Below are positions 48,508 to 60,202 of a stretch of DNA of 64,000 nucleotides, piece by piece (positions within the stretch are counted from its first letter, which is position 1; each line of letters opens with the position of its first letter). Location: NCBI GenBank assembly GCA_051313645.2, contig JBNRSN020000013.1:139996001-140060000 (forward strand), read 5' to 3'. The position numbers and the translations under genes were made by a program. Source of the stretch: Centroscyllium fabricii (Eukaryota). A model generated the notes under the pieces. That model was not told the origin of the DNA and did not search any database. It worked only from the letters and a program-made list of their open reading frames with translations.

Positions 48508-49288
48508 GCATGGAAGGAGTGCAGCGAAGATTCACCAGGCTGACACCTGGGGTGGCAGGAATGACGTATGAGGAGAGATTGCGTCGATTGGGCTTGTACT
48601 AGCTGGAGTTTAGAAGAACGAGAGGGGATCTCATTGAAACTTATAAAATTCTAACAGGACTGAACAGACCAGATGCAGGAAGGATGTTCCCGATGGCCGG
48701 GGAGTCCAGAACCAGGGGTCACAGTCTAAGGATAAGGGGTAAGCCATTTAGGACAGAGATGAGGAGGAATTTCTTCACCCAGAGAGTGGTGAACCTGTGG
48801 AACTCTCTGACGTATCGTCAATTTACTCAATAAAGTCAAAGACGAGTAGTGACCTTAACTACAGGCTTTTATTGACTTACTTTGGAGCTACACTCCGAAC
48901 GAACAAACAGGAACAGAATGAGTGAGCCCGGTCAGTCCTCACCTATAAAGGGCCTCACCTGGGGGAGGAGTTAGAGGTGTGGCTGACCTGGCTCCACGAC
49001 AGTGTCGCAACATGTTTAACTATTATACGTGGCAATATTGGCACCAATATTGTAGTGGTAAACTATAGACAATTATGGTTACCACACTCTCTACCACAGA
49101 AGGCAGTCGAGGCCATTTCATTAAATATATTCAGGAAGGAGTTGGATATATTTCTTAAGGCTAAAGGGATCAAGGGATATGGGGAGAAGGCAGGAACAGG
49201 GTACTGAATTTGGATGATCAGCCATGATTGCATTGAATGCAGAGCAGTCTACATGGCCTACTCCTGCTCCTATCTTCTATGTTTCTAT
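48508..49288 (+). mobile_element. CR1/HER1 3' fragment with nested solo LTR
   Basis: EGVQRRFTR...WNSL|PQKAVEA...GIKGYG and tail. Confidence 0.88.
48808..49086 (-). mobile_element. Solo LTR (279 bp)
   Basis: Minus strand TGTGGTAACC...ATTGACGATACGTCA; TSD CTCTC; AATAAAAGCC. Confidence 0.88.
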
Positions 49289-50031
49289 TCAGTCTCAGAA
49301 TAAATTGAGCTCATCTTGGTAGAGTATGATTTGTTTCTCAAACAAATTGCAGATAGTGTTGTAAACCATTGGACACGATGAACCGAATGGCCTTCTGCAC
49401 TGTAAACCTCCATGATTCTATGAATAGCATAGCAAACCAGATAGAATGGTGACCAGTATCCAACTGCATTTTATATTGGGGAAGGTCAAGGATACTATAG
49501 TGCAGAACACCATCAAGGTTAAAGAGTAGAAGGCGAGATAAATCCAGTAATGTTGATTAGATGATGCTAAATTTTAGCAACATACTGGTTTAGTTTTATT
49601 GGCTGGTTTACACTTGGTTCAGGAGGCTAAACAGTATTTTTTTTTAACTGCTGTTATCTTTTGTTGTCATGAACCCAAGGAATTTCCAAGCTAATAATCC
49701 TTCATTGAATATATGCCTTCCCAGTAGAAGTTGTTGTAGCGGTACCTTGTGCGACTACCCTGTAGTACCAAGCTGATTTGCAAACCTTCAGTTTGGAAAC
49801 GGGACCCGCCCCTCCATCATGCAGATATCACAAAGGACTGCCAACAAAAGCTGGTCAGCCTCTGGAAGTGTCGTATGATGCATGAACTAAAAAAAATTCA
49901 GATCAAATAACACATAAGGTCTACCAGTTTGTGCTGATGAGTTCCCCCTCACTTTCCCACTACTGTAAAGAATATCTAGCTTCTTTGTCAGATCAGTCGG
50001 CCAGTTGAGACACCTAAATACAGCAGTGATG

Positions 50032-51145
50032 CAGGTTGCGCACCGGTAATCCGGCACCCGATGGTCCGGCAGCTTCAGTGGTCTGACACGATTGGAAACC
50101 GGCGCTCTTCCTTTTGTGGAGCAGCCGCTCGGCGGCGCCACCATTTCCCAGGAAGGGTGAGCGAGCGCCGAGTTTGGGTTTCTGTTTTTTTTAGGTTTTG
50201 TTAAGAGTTCTATCCCCGGGCTCCCTCCCAGGTAGTGTTCTACCGCGCACTCCGGGCCCCGGGGAGTGTTCTACCCGTGCGCTCCGGGCCCCGGGGAGTG
50301 TTCTACCCGGGCCCCGGGGAGTGTTCTACCCGTGCGCTCCGGGCCCCGGGGAGTGTTCTATCGCCGGGCTCCCTCCCAGGTAGTGTTCTACCCGTGCACT
50401 CCGGGCCCCGGGGGGTTTTCTACCTGCGGGCCCCGGGGAGTGTTCTACCTGCGCGCTCCGGGCCCCGGGGAGTGTTCTACCCGCACGCTCCGGGCATCGG
50501 GGAGTGTTCTACCCGCACGCTCCGGGCCTCGGAGAGTGTTCTACCCGCATGCTCCGGACCCCGGGGAGTGTTCTACCCGCATGCTCTGGGCCCCGGGGAG
50601 TGTTCTACCCGCATGCTCCGGGCCCCGGGGAGTGTTCTACCCGCATGCTCCGGGCCCCGGGGAGAGTTCTACCCGCATGCTCCGGGCCTCGGGGAGTGTT
50701 CTACCCGCATGCTCCGGGCCTCGGGGAGTGTTCTACCGCGCGCTCCAGGCCCCGGGGAGTGGTCTACCGCGCGCTCCAGGCCCCGGGGAGTGTTCTACCC
50801 GCGCGCTCCAGGCCCCGGGGAGTGTTCTACCCGCACGCTCCGGGCCTCGGGAGTGTTCTACCCGCACGCTCCGGACCCCGGGGTGTGTTCTACCCGCACG
50901 CTCCGGACCCCGGGGTGTGTTCTACCCGCACGCTCCGGACCCCGGGGTGTGTTCTACTGTGCGCTCCGGGCCCCAGGGAGTGTTCTACCCGCACGCTCCG
51001 GGCCCCGGGGAGTGTTGTACTGCGCGCTCCGGGCCCCGGGGAGTGTTCTACCGCCCCCCCCCCCCCACCCGAACCTTCAGTGGTTCTGAATTTTTACTGG
51101 TCCCGCACTGGTCCCGAGGGTGCCGGATTAACGGTGCTCAATCTG
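50032..51145. mobile_element. Tigger-like MITE with an expanded 32-bp minisatellite
   Basis: TIRs as 53514-53831; roughly 25 units of CCCCGGGGAGTGTTCTACCCGCACGCTCCGGG. Confidence 0.85.
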
Positions 51146-52261
51146 TATTACCTCAGTGTCGTAGCCCAGTTTTTCGAGGCTGTGAAATTGTACCTGTTCT
51201 GCTTTCCTTTCTGTCCTTAACTCAGTTTGATTTTTTTTTAATGGGAATGGGGGAAACCATGGAGTTCTGCAGTTTTGCTTCAGAAATGGTTCCGTTTTTT
51301 GTCTGATTGCAACCCTGGTGTTTTTCTACGTTTTATAGGTGCTATATAAATGCAAGTCATTCTCCGTTGAGATTTGTTGCTCGGATTTCAAATACAAACG
51401 CATCAACTCAGTACATCTTTCAGTATTTTTAGACCCCCTTCTCCACCAGTGTTTCAGACCAAATTTAGGTTCTGAATGTCAGGATCATATTCTCGAAACT
51501 TTGAGCTAATTTTAAATACTGTTAAATATAAAAGTACAGCAGACTGGGTGTATGAAGGATATGGAGCACTTTTGAATCCTGTTCTTGTACACTGACAAGG
51601 ATGGAGGAATTCAATGGTAATAAATTGTGTACCCCCCCCCCAAAAAAAAACACCCCGTTATCCTTGCTACAGTACTGGTATTGTAACATAATGGGTTGGG
51701 AGCGCTGCATCCATAAGAGCAATTAGATTGTTGTAAAGCATTTTGCCAGTTAGTACATATTAATGTTCTAGGCTGTGTTAGAAGGTGTCGCATGACCGCG
51801 CAAGGATAAGTGAATTTGCAATGTGAGTTGAGATATTTGCTGGGCTTGCATGCTTTAGTTATTGGATTGTCATAAAGCATTCTGTCAAGCCTGGTGTTAC
51901 TGCAGCAAGTTCGCATTTAAAATTCATTAATTGTGGGGGGTTGGGGGGGGGGGAAAGCTTTTCACTGTTCCAGTCAGCAGTACAGAAAATAGAGAAGGAG
52001 ACAGATCCGTTAGTACTTGGAAGTTGATCAGAGATAATTTGTTGGAAGGATACGATTGCTGCCATTTGATACACTAGTTAATTAAACTTGTCCAGGATTC
52101 TGTTCTTGAACTGTCCACTCGAAGGTGGGCAGTAGAAATGAGGATATTTCTTTGCTGCTTTTGCACAGAAGGGATACTCTTCCGTCCTCCCCACCCCACC
52201 CCACCCCTCGGATGACCTGGCTGAGATTGTGAATCGCATCTCATGGGGAAAGATGTGTCCC

Positions 52262-52832
52262 GTCTTGGCATAGTGGTTAGCACCGTTGCCTCACAGCGCC
52301 AGGGGTCCGGGTTCAAATCCAGCCTCGGGTGACTATCTGTGTGGACAATTGCAAGAAGTCACACAACACCAGATTGTAGTCCAACAGTTTTATTTTAAAT
52401 CACAAGCTTTCGGAGCGTTCGCCCCTTCGTCAGGTGGAAAGAGAGACTGACGAAGGGGCGAACGCTCCGAAAGCTTGTGATTTAAAATAAAACTGTTGGA
52501 CTATAATCTGGTGTTGTGTGACTTCTTGCAATTGTCCACCCCAGTCCAATGGAAGCAACAGATAGATCATTGCAACAAACGTCAAGTGACTGGACAGAAT
52601 GATGCATTATTGACCTGTGTGGAGTTTGCACATTCTCCCCGTGTCTGCGTGGGTTTCCTCCCACAATCCAAAGATGTGCAGGTTCGGTTGATTGACCAGG
52701 ATAAATTGACCCTTAGTGTTAGGGGGATTAAATATGTGGGGGTTACGGGGATAGGGTGGGATATGTGTCGGTGCAGGCTCGATGGGGCGAAATGGCCTCT
52801 ATCTGCACTGTAGGGATTCTATGATTCTATGA
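52262..52832 (+). mobile_element. HE1-like V-SINE interrupted by a Penelope palindrome
   Basis: Head 52262-52345; V core resumes at 52615; short GATTCTAT tail. Confidence 0.85.
52341..52546. mobile_element. Penelope pseudo-LTR palindrome with two opposed hammerhead motifs
   Basis: 93-bp arms 52341-52433 and 52447-52539, 13-nt spacer, one mismatch seen. Confidence 0.88.
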
Positions 52833-53513
52833 TCACTCGACAGTGCTATTTGTTAGGTCAATAATGCATCATTCTGTCCAGTCACTTGACGTTTGTTGCA
52901 ATGATCTATCTGTTGCTTCCATTGCGGTCTTTGGATATCCATAAAGCAAGAGCAGTTGGGAGGCTTTCATTCCTGCCATGTTCATGCAGTGTATTTACCA
53001 TCACTTTTATGCCATTGCAAAACTGGAGGATTGCAAACCGCTTTCCCCCACAGAGTGGAAAAATTAGTGAGCAAGTCACCATAGCACACACTCTCGTGCA
53101 TTGTAGTGGCCACTTAAGAGTGGCACCGAAACCAAGGTTGCCGCCTTATTGCAAAGGAGCAGGAAAGTATCTTTAAAAGGGATTTTTTTTAAATGGTTTG
53201 AAATCTGCAACCCAAAAAGAGCAAAACAATTATTCTTCTGTCTTTCTGCTTGATGGAAGGTTACTGCTGTGCAATCATTACAAAAGTGAATCTACCTTCA
53301 TGCAGGAATGATCTTTTAGCAGCATCTTGCTGTACAGATACAGAGTATAGATAGACTCCGCTATCTATTAGCTACTCAACGTTTTAACCTGAATTATGAA
53401 TTGGTAGATTTAAATGGAAGGTATCTGGGGTTTTAAAGAAAATGTAGTTTCCCTGTTGCTTGAGCTTTTAGCAATCTAGGGAAAGCTTGGTGTATATACA
53501 GTTTTAGCCAGTA

Positions 53514-53831
53514 CAGGTTGAGCACCGGTAATCCGGCACCCGATGGTCCGGCAGCTTCAGTGGTCCGGCACGATTGGAAACCGGCGCTCTTCATTTTGCG
53601 GAGCAGCCGCTCGGCGGCGCCACCGTTTCCCGTGAAGGGTGAGCGAACGGCGTCGGGCGTTTGGGTTTCTGTTTTTTTAGGTTTTGGAAGTGTTCTATCC
53701 CCGGGCTCCCTCTCGAGTAGTGTTCTACCGCGGGCTCCGGGGAGTGTTCGACCCGTGCGCTCCCCCCGAACGTTCAGTGGTTCGGAAATTTCAGTGGTCC
53801 AGAGGGCGCCGGATTAACGGTGCTCAACCTG
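53514..53831. mobile_element. Tigger-like MITE (short form of the minisatellite-bearing family)
   Basis: TA|CAGGTTGAGCACCG...CGGTGCTCAACCTG|TA. Confidence 0.9.
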
Positions 53832-54032
53832 TACATGTATTCTTCCATACTGACCCCTGGCAGAGGCTACTGTGACTTGGTTTGATTTCTTGTTAGGAAT
53901 TGACTTTACTGGTGTCTTAAATGACTTGTATTAAACACAATGACCGCTTGTCTTAAATTATGAGAATTGTATATAGTCGTGCCATTCACTACATCTTCAA
54001 AATAAGCATTTCCAGTTATAGTTTGCATAATA

Positions 54033-54510
54033 CAGGTTGAGCACCGTTAATCCGTTACCCCAAACGCCGGCAACTTTAGTCGTCCGGCATCAATCGCCCC
54101 GACTGCCCTGCACATGCACAAAATGGCCGCCGCGACCGATGCTTCGGTGAATGATCTGCGCGTGCGCCGCCGAACGGCAAGCACATGCGCAGATCATTCT
54201 AAACGGCCGCTGGACGAGCCGGGCCTTCCATGACGTCAGGGCGCGGCGGCTCACGGCGCGTTTTGAATGTGCGGGTCCCGAGCGCCCGCCATGGTGAAGC
54301 GCGCGGTTCCCCGGAGCAGCCTGCAGGCCGTCATCAGGAGGCACAAACCGCAGCTGAGACTCCGCAAGGACGTTCGGCGGCCATTTCCAATGTTGTGCGC
54401 ATGCGCGCGGCCATTTTGAATGGTGCTGGCCGGCTTCATTCTACTGTTTTTTTCCGCTCTACCGGCGTGGGCCTAGTCCCGCCCGTGCCGGTATAACGGT
54501 GCTCAACCTG
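54033..54510. mobile_element. Tigger-like MITE
   Basis: TA-flanked TIR CAGGTTGAGCACCGTTA. Confidence 0.9.
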
Positions 54511-55006
54511 TACAAGCATTCACATTGATTCTTTACATTACTGCAATAGATTAAGATTCGTCCGTGTTTTTGCTCAACTTTCCTCTTTTTCAAAACCAAG
54601 ACACTATTCCAAGGTAAGCCAGGGTCAAATATGAAACCCTGATAAAAGTTGGTGCCGACTAATTTTGAGTCCAACTAAGCAACACTGAGGATTTTGTTTG
54701 AGCTGAAGAAAATGCCGTCCGTTAGTCGACCTCTTGTGCTATGATCTGCAGCTGACAATTGGGGCACCTATGTCTTGACAAAGGAGCTATACAAGGTTCC
54801 AATTACAGTCACTTTGCCCAGATCCAGTGTCTCTGGGGAGTTGCAGCGAGTAAATCTATTGCAGTATTGTGCAAGATCAGAAAAATGTACAATTCAGATG
54901 GGCTGAAACTAATAATGTCTTCATCTATTTCTTGATCAAGCTACAGAGACTAGACTTGAGAAGTATTTTGAGATGTGTTGACCACATTCCCACAGAAAGC
55001 TCAGTA

Positions 55007-55402
55007 CATAGAAACATAGAAGATAGGAGCAGGAGTAGGCCATTCGGCCCTTCGAGCCTGCTCCGCCATTCAATGAGATCATGGCTGATCATCCAAACCC
55101 AGCACCCCACCCCTGCCCTCTCCCCATATCCCTATCGAGCCTGCACCGACACATATCCCACCCTATCCCCGTAACCCCACATATTCAACCCCCCTAACAC
55201 TAAGGGTCAATTTACCATGGCCAATCAACCTAACCCGCACATCTTTGGACTGTGGGAGGAAACCGGAGCACCCGGAGGAAACCCACGCAGACACAGGGAG
55301 AATGTGCAAACTCCACACCGATAGTACCCGAGGATGGATTTGAACCCGGGTCTCCAGACCTGTGAGGCAACAGTGCTAACCACTGTGCCACCGTGCCACC
55401 CC
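55007..55402 (-). mobile_element. HE1-like V-SINE
   Basis: Head, V core and long CR1 tail. Confidence 0.9.
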
Positions 55403-55439
55403 CATGGACTTGTCTGGGTACATTATTTTAAAGATTCTT

Positions 55440-55800
55440 GCAAAGTGGTTAGCACTGCTGCCTCGCAATAAGGAGCTCCTGGGTTCGAATCCTGCTTGGC
55501 CCGGGGACCTCTCTGCGTGGAGTTTGCATGTTCTCCCCGTGTTCATGTGGGTTTCCTCCGGGTACTCCGGTTTCCTCCCACCACCCAAAGACATGCAGGT
55601 TAGGTGAATTGGAGATATACTAAAAAAAAATTGCCCATGAGTATGTGTGTGAGATATAGTTCTTAGAGTTGGGGGTGTCAGGGGATATGGGGAGAGGGTA
55701 GGAGGGGGGTGCTGGGTTTGGATGATCAGCCATGATCTCATCAAAATGGCGGAGCAGGCTCGAATGGCCGACTCCTGCTCCTATCTTCTGTGTTTCTGTG
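55440..55800 (+). mobile_element. V-SINE (divergent subfamily)
   Basis: AGTGGTTAGCAC...GGTTCGAATCC head, V core, same CR1 tail. Confidence 0.8.
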
Positions 55801-55959
55801 ACTATATTTTAGGTTAAAAAGCACTAAAAGTGAACTTGCCTTGTTGCTTCACCGGCCCTGTTACCCTAGAGCAAGAACATCGCCAGGGACTATCGATGAA
55901 TCTACCTGTACTTCAGCTGTACTTTCACCGTCGCACTGTTGTGCGAAGCTGTGTCACAC

Positions 55960-56220
55960 ACAACTTGTATTTATATAGTGCCTATGTAGTAAAGCAGCCC
56001 AAAGTGCTTCACCGGAGCGTTATCGAACAGAATTTGACACCGAGCCACATAAAATACTGGGGCAGATGAGAGGTGGGTTTTAAGGAGCGTCTTAAAGGAG
56101 GAAAGCGAGGCCGAGAGGTTTAAGGAGGGAATTCCAGAGCTTCGGGCCGAGGCAGCTGAAAGCACGGCTGCCATTGGCGGAGCGATTATAATTGGTGATG
56201 CTCGAGGCCAGGCTTGGAGG
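55960..56220 (-). mobile_element. L2 LINE 3' fragment
   Basis: RAFSCLGPKLWNSL; similar to 8884-9320. Confidence 0.7.
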
Positions 56221-56237
56221 AGCGCTGTTGTCAAGTA

Positions 56238-56581
56238 CACAATCCCTTATCCGAAACCCGTGGGACCGGACGGGCCTCGGTTTTCCGGATTTCTCGGTTT
56301 TTGGATGGCGCCCAAGTGCGCAAGAGCGCGTGCGCATTGCCGTGTCTGCGGCCCAGTTCGCAGTCGGGGAACGGCATGTCGATGGTTTATTTCCTCAGCA
56401 CGGCATCAACAGCAACCCGTAACCTTGCCTTAAGGTAAAAATATCTTTTTTCTCACTGATAAATGCTGCAGCTGGATACTTCCTTCAATTTATTTACGGA
56501 AAAAAATAGTTATTTTGGCGCAACTCGGGTTCTCGGTTTTTGGAGCTTTTCGGTTTTCGGATGTGCGGTGAAGCGATTGTG
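56238..56581. mobile_element. Tigger-like MITE with CACAATC termini
   Basis: TA|CACAATCCCTTATCCG ... GATTGTG|TA. Confidence 0.7.
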
Positions 56582-56916
56582 TACCTGTACCAAGAAGCCT
56601 CAAAATGACCAGGATTGTGTAGCGTCATTTGAAAAAGAATTGTCATATAACTTATGGGCTTTGGCTATCTTTGAGCATGAGTTGGTGTGCAGTGTATATT
56701 TTTTTGCTTGTATGTACTGCAGTGTTTTAATAAACAACTTAGACAGCATGGAATCAGCACATGGAGCAAGTCAGAACTCAAATTCAAATTGTTCAAGAAA
56801 AACCAGCGGCACGTTTGGTTTTAATGGAAGATCTTTTTAGACTTGAACCAAGTTAGTCTCATTCCTCTGATTCTTCAACGAAACTCAATTTGTAGATGTG
56901 CAGTAGTAAGTTGAAC

Positions 56917-56988
56917 GCTGCGCTCCGAAAGCTTGTGATTTCAAATAAAACTGTTGGACTGTAACCTGGTGTTGTGTGACTTCTTACA
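56917..56988 (+). mobile_element. Penelope pseudo-LTR fragment
   Basis: GCTCCGAAAGCTTGTGATTTCAAATAAAACTGTTGGAC. Confidence 0.75.
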
Positions 56989-57140
56989 ACTTTTTTAATA
57001 ACCAACTTAAAGAACCAGTGCGCAAGACATTACCTAAGTTAGAAAGAAACATCATACAATAATAGTGTCATAAGCTTCGATTTTAAAGGTTGTAAATTTG
57101 CACGTGAAATGCAAAGTGTTTCAAGGGAGAACATGAGGTA

Positions 57141-57671
57141 CAGGTTGAGCACCGTTAATCGGGCACGGGCGGGACCAGGCCCGTGCCGGGAAATGGAAAA
57201 AACCGGGAGAACGAGTTTGGACACTGCGCATGCGCGCCAGTCAAAATGGCCGCGCGCATGCGCGCAGCATTGCAATTGGCTGGCGCGCGCATGCGCAGAT
57301 CGGGCCCGGGTCCGCCGTCCCTCTCCATCGCCTTTGGGGTTGCTGCTGCCGCCGAGCGGGACTCAGGCTGACAGCTGTTGCCTAGTGACTGTCCGCCTCA
57401 GTCACGGGGCTCAGCTGTCGAGAAAATAACGGGCGGCCGTATTGAATTATCTGCGCATGCGCTAACCGTCCGGTGACGCATGCGCAGATCATTCAAAACA
57501 CCCGCAGCTGTTTTGAATGATCTGCGCATGCGCTCGGCGCATGCGCAGATCATTCGCTGAAGCCACGATGGGGGCTGCCATTTTGCGCATGCGCAGTGCA
57601 GTCGGGGCAATTTGTGCCGGCAGACTGAAGCTGCCGGCTATTCGGGACACGGATTAACGGTGCTCAACCTG
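57141..57671. mobile_element. Tigger-like MITE
   Basis: TA-flanked TIR CAGGTTGAGCACCGTTAATC. Confidence 0.9.
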
Positions 57672-58136
57672 TACTCATAGAAATGAAATTAGATGAAGAA
57701 CTGAGGGTAGAAGAGAATGATTTTTTTTAAAAGACAACTGATGAGAGTAAAGGGTCTGATCACCTCATGACGCTTATTGGACTTACTGTTCAAAGAGCAG
57801 ATTTTAAAAAACTATTTGGAATTTTTCTTTTTGGCAATTTTGTCCCCTACTGTTGGTGACTTCTTTCCAGAGTGTAGTACCACAGGAACCAGGTATCCAA
57901 CTTATTCCAGTACCTTGCACATCTGGCCATTCTTTGTGTGAGCTTTGTTAAGCAATATTACCCAACTATTCAACCATGTAGGGCATCACAGCCGAGCACA
58001 AGACCATACCCAGGCTGTCAGCAGCCCAGTTTCAGCCAGTAATACGGTAGAGATCAAGAATGTGAACCCTGGTGGACTTCTCTCCACCCCACCCCGGCAA
58101 CAAAACAATTTGGTTCTGGACTCAACATTGGGTAAC

Positions 58137-58439
58137 GGGCATATTGGTTAGCACTGTTGCCTCACAGCGCTAGGGGCCCGGGTTCAAATCCGGCCTCGGC
58201 TGACTATCTGTGTGGAGTTTGCACATTCTCCCCGTGTCTGCGTGGGTTTACTCCGGGTGCTCCGGTTTCCTCCCACAGTCCAAAGATGTGCGGGTTAGGT
58301 TGATTGGCCATGATAAATTGACCCTTAGTGTTAGGGGGATTGAATATGTGGGGTTACGGGGATCGGGTGGGATATGTGTCGGCGCAGGCTCGATGGGCCG
58401 AAATGGCCTCTATCTGCACTGCAGGGATTCTATGATTCT
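58137..58439 (+). mobile_element. HE1-like V-SINE (short-tail form)
   Basis: Head, V core and GATTCTAT tail. Confidence 0.85.
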
Positions 58440-58762
58440 CAATTCAATTCAATTTCAATTCAAGTTTTATTGTCATTGCAGAGTACTAGTACAATACAAT
58501 GAGACGAAGACTCGACGCTCCCGAGAGTAGTGCAAATAAATAACATGCAAATTGCATACAGTAAAGTACATTATCAGGTGTGCAGGTACCGGAGTTTATT
58601 TTTTAGAGTTCAGGAGGCTGACAGCCCTGGGGAAGAAGCTGTTCTGAAATCTAGTCGTGCGGGTGCGAATTGATCTGTAGCGTCTCCCGGAGAGCAGGGG
58701 GGGCGAACATACTGTGGCTGGGGTGTGTGGGGTCTTTAATAATGTTCAGAGACCTCCGTAGG
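58440..58762 (-). mobile_element. Rex1/Babar 3' fragment
   Basis: Same as 32905-33210. Confidence 0.8.
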
Positions 58763-58859
58763 CTAAATGATTCTAAAACTATTTCAGAATATCACCACTG
58801 CCCCGATTTTGTTCAGGCAGCAGCTGTTGATTATTTTACCATCCCCATTTGCAGTATTT

Positions 58860-59060
58860 AATCTCTCCTGCCTTCCATCCTAGCACAGACCGTCCCTTTT
58901 GTTCCTCCCCCCCTTTCCCTTCCTCTGCACCTGCTTGAAACCTGCTACATCTCCCGAAAGGATCGCAGACCTGAAAGGTTAACTCTGTTTCTCTCTTCAC
59001 GGATGCTGAGTGTTTCCAGCATTTTGTGTTATTTCAGATTTCCGGCATCCGCAGTATTCT
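58860..59060 (+). mobile_element. Old Penelope-like 3' end fragment
   Basis: GACCTGAAAGGTTAACTCTGTTTCTCTC...CCAGCATTTT, similar to the reverse complement of 14711-14800. Confidence 0.55.
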
Positions 59061-59066
59061 GATACT

Positions 59067-59067
<1 letters not shown>

Positions 59068-59105
<38 letters not shown>
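59068..59105. repeat. (TA)n microsatellite
   Basis: Directly visible. Confidence 0.95.
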
Positions 59106-59110
<5 letters not shown>

Positions 59111-59221
59111 AAAGGTTGCTCAGGTCAGTTGTAGCAACGTTACCACCTTCCCAGCTAAGATCAGCTACCTCGGCTCAGACTAGGGCACCATCCTTATCTG
59201 TGTGGTCCAGCTGCTCGCAGA

Positions 59222-59880
59222 ATAGAACATAGCACAGTACAGGCCCTTCGGCCCTCAATGTTGTGCCGAGCATTGCCCGATACGAAGATCTAGCTATCCC
59301 ACCCCCTAACATTCTTTGTACTCCATGTGTCTATCCAGTAACCTTTTGAAGGTTCCCAAATTGTCCGATTCCACTATTTCAGCAGGCAGTGCATTCCACA
59401 CCCCGACCACTCTCTGAGTAAAGAATCTACCTCGGACATCCTTCCTATATCTCCCACCATGTACCTTATAGTTATGCCCTCTTGTAACCGCTACACCCAC
59501 CTGAGGAAATAGCCTCTCTACGTCCACTCTATCTATCCCCCTCATCATCTTATAAACCTCTATTAAGTCGCCTCTCATCCTCCTTCGCTCCAAAGAGAAA
59601 AGCCCCAGCTCCCTCAACCTCTCCTCATAAGACCTTCCCCCAAACCAGGCAGCATCCTGGTAAATCTCCTCTGCACTCTTTCCAATGCCTCCACGTCCTT
59701 CCTACAGTGAGGTGCCCAAAACTGCACACAATATTCCAAGTGTGGTCTCACCAGGGACCTGTACAGTTGCAGCATAACCTCACGGTTCCTAAACTCAAAC
59801 CCCTTGTTAACAAACGCCAACACACTGTAGGCCTTCCTTACAGCTCTGTCCACTTGAGTGGCAACCTTCAGCGATTTATG
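59222..59880 (-). mobile_element. CR1 LINE 3' fragment
   Basis: ORFs 59306..59617 and 59614..59913 (VRPHLEYCVQFW, RGDLIEVYK). Confidence 0.9.
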
Positions 59881-60202
59881 CCTGTAGAACAACCTTTGCT
59901 TTAAAAATAACATGCATACGCCGTAGTCACGGCAACAGTTTGGCCAAGCTTTCTGTGGGTCATCAAGGGAAGTTTGTAAGCCTCTGGTGAGAAAGGGGAG
60001 AGTGTTCTCCCAAATATAGTGGCTTTCTGACAGGTTAATGGATCACCAGCTGAAATTATACTGATTGATGAATGTTCACTTTACATTTCCACAATGACTG
60101 GAATAACCCAAAGGCTGACCAGGTCAAAGGGCGCTGGTGCTCACTGATGAAAGTTCTCTGAGGTTCGGTCAAAACCTTGAAAATTCTTAAGTTATGTTCA
60201 TA

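Noticed and set aside
50198-51306. ORFs of 238-346 aa and a CRISPR-like periodic array
   Set aside because: Head-to-tail ~32-bp minisatellite with no unique spacers, inside a MITE; no cas genes; same for 60511-61258.
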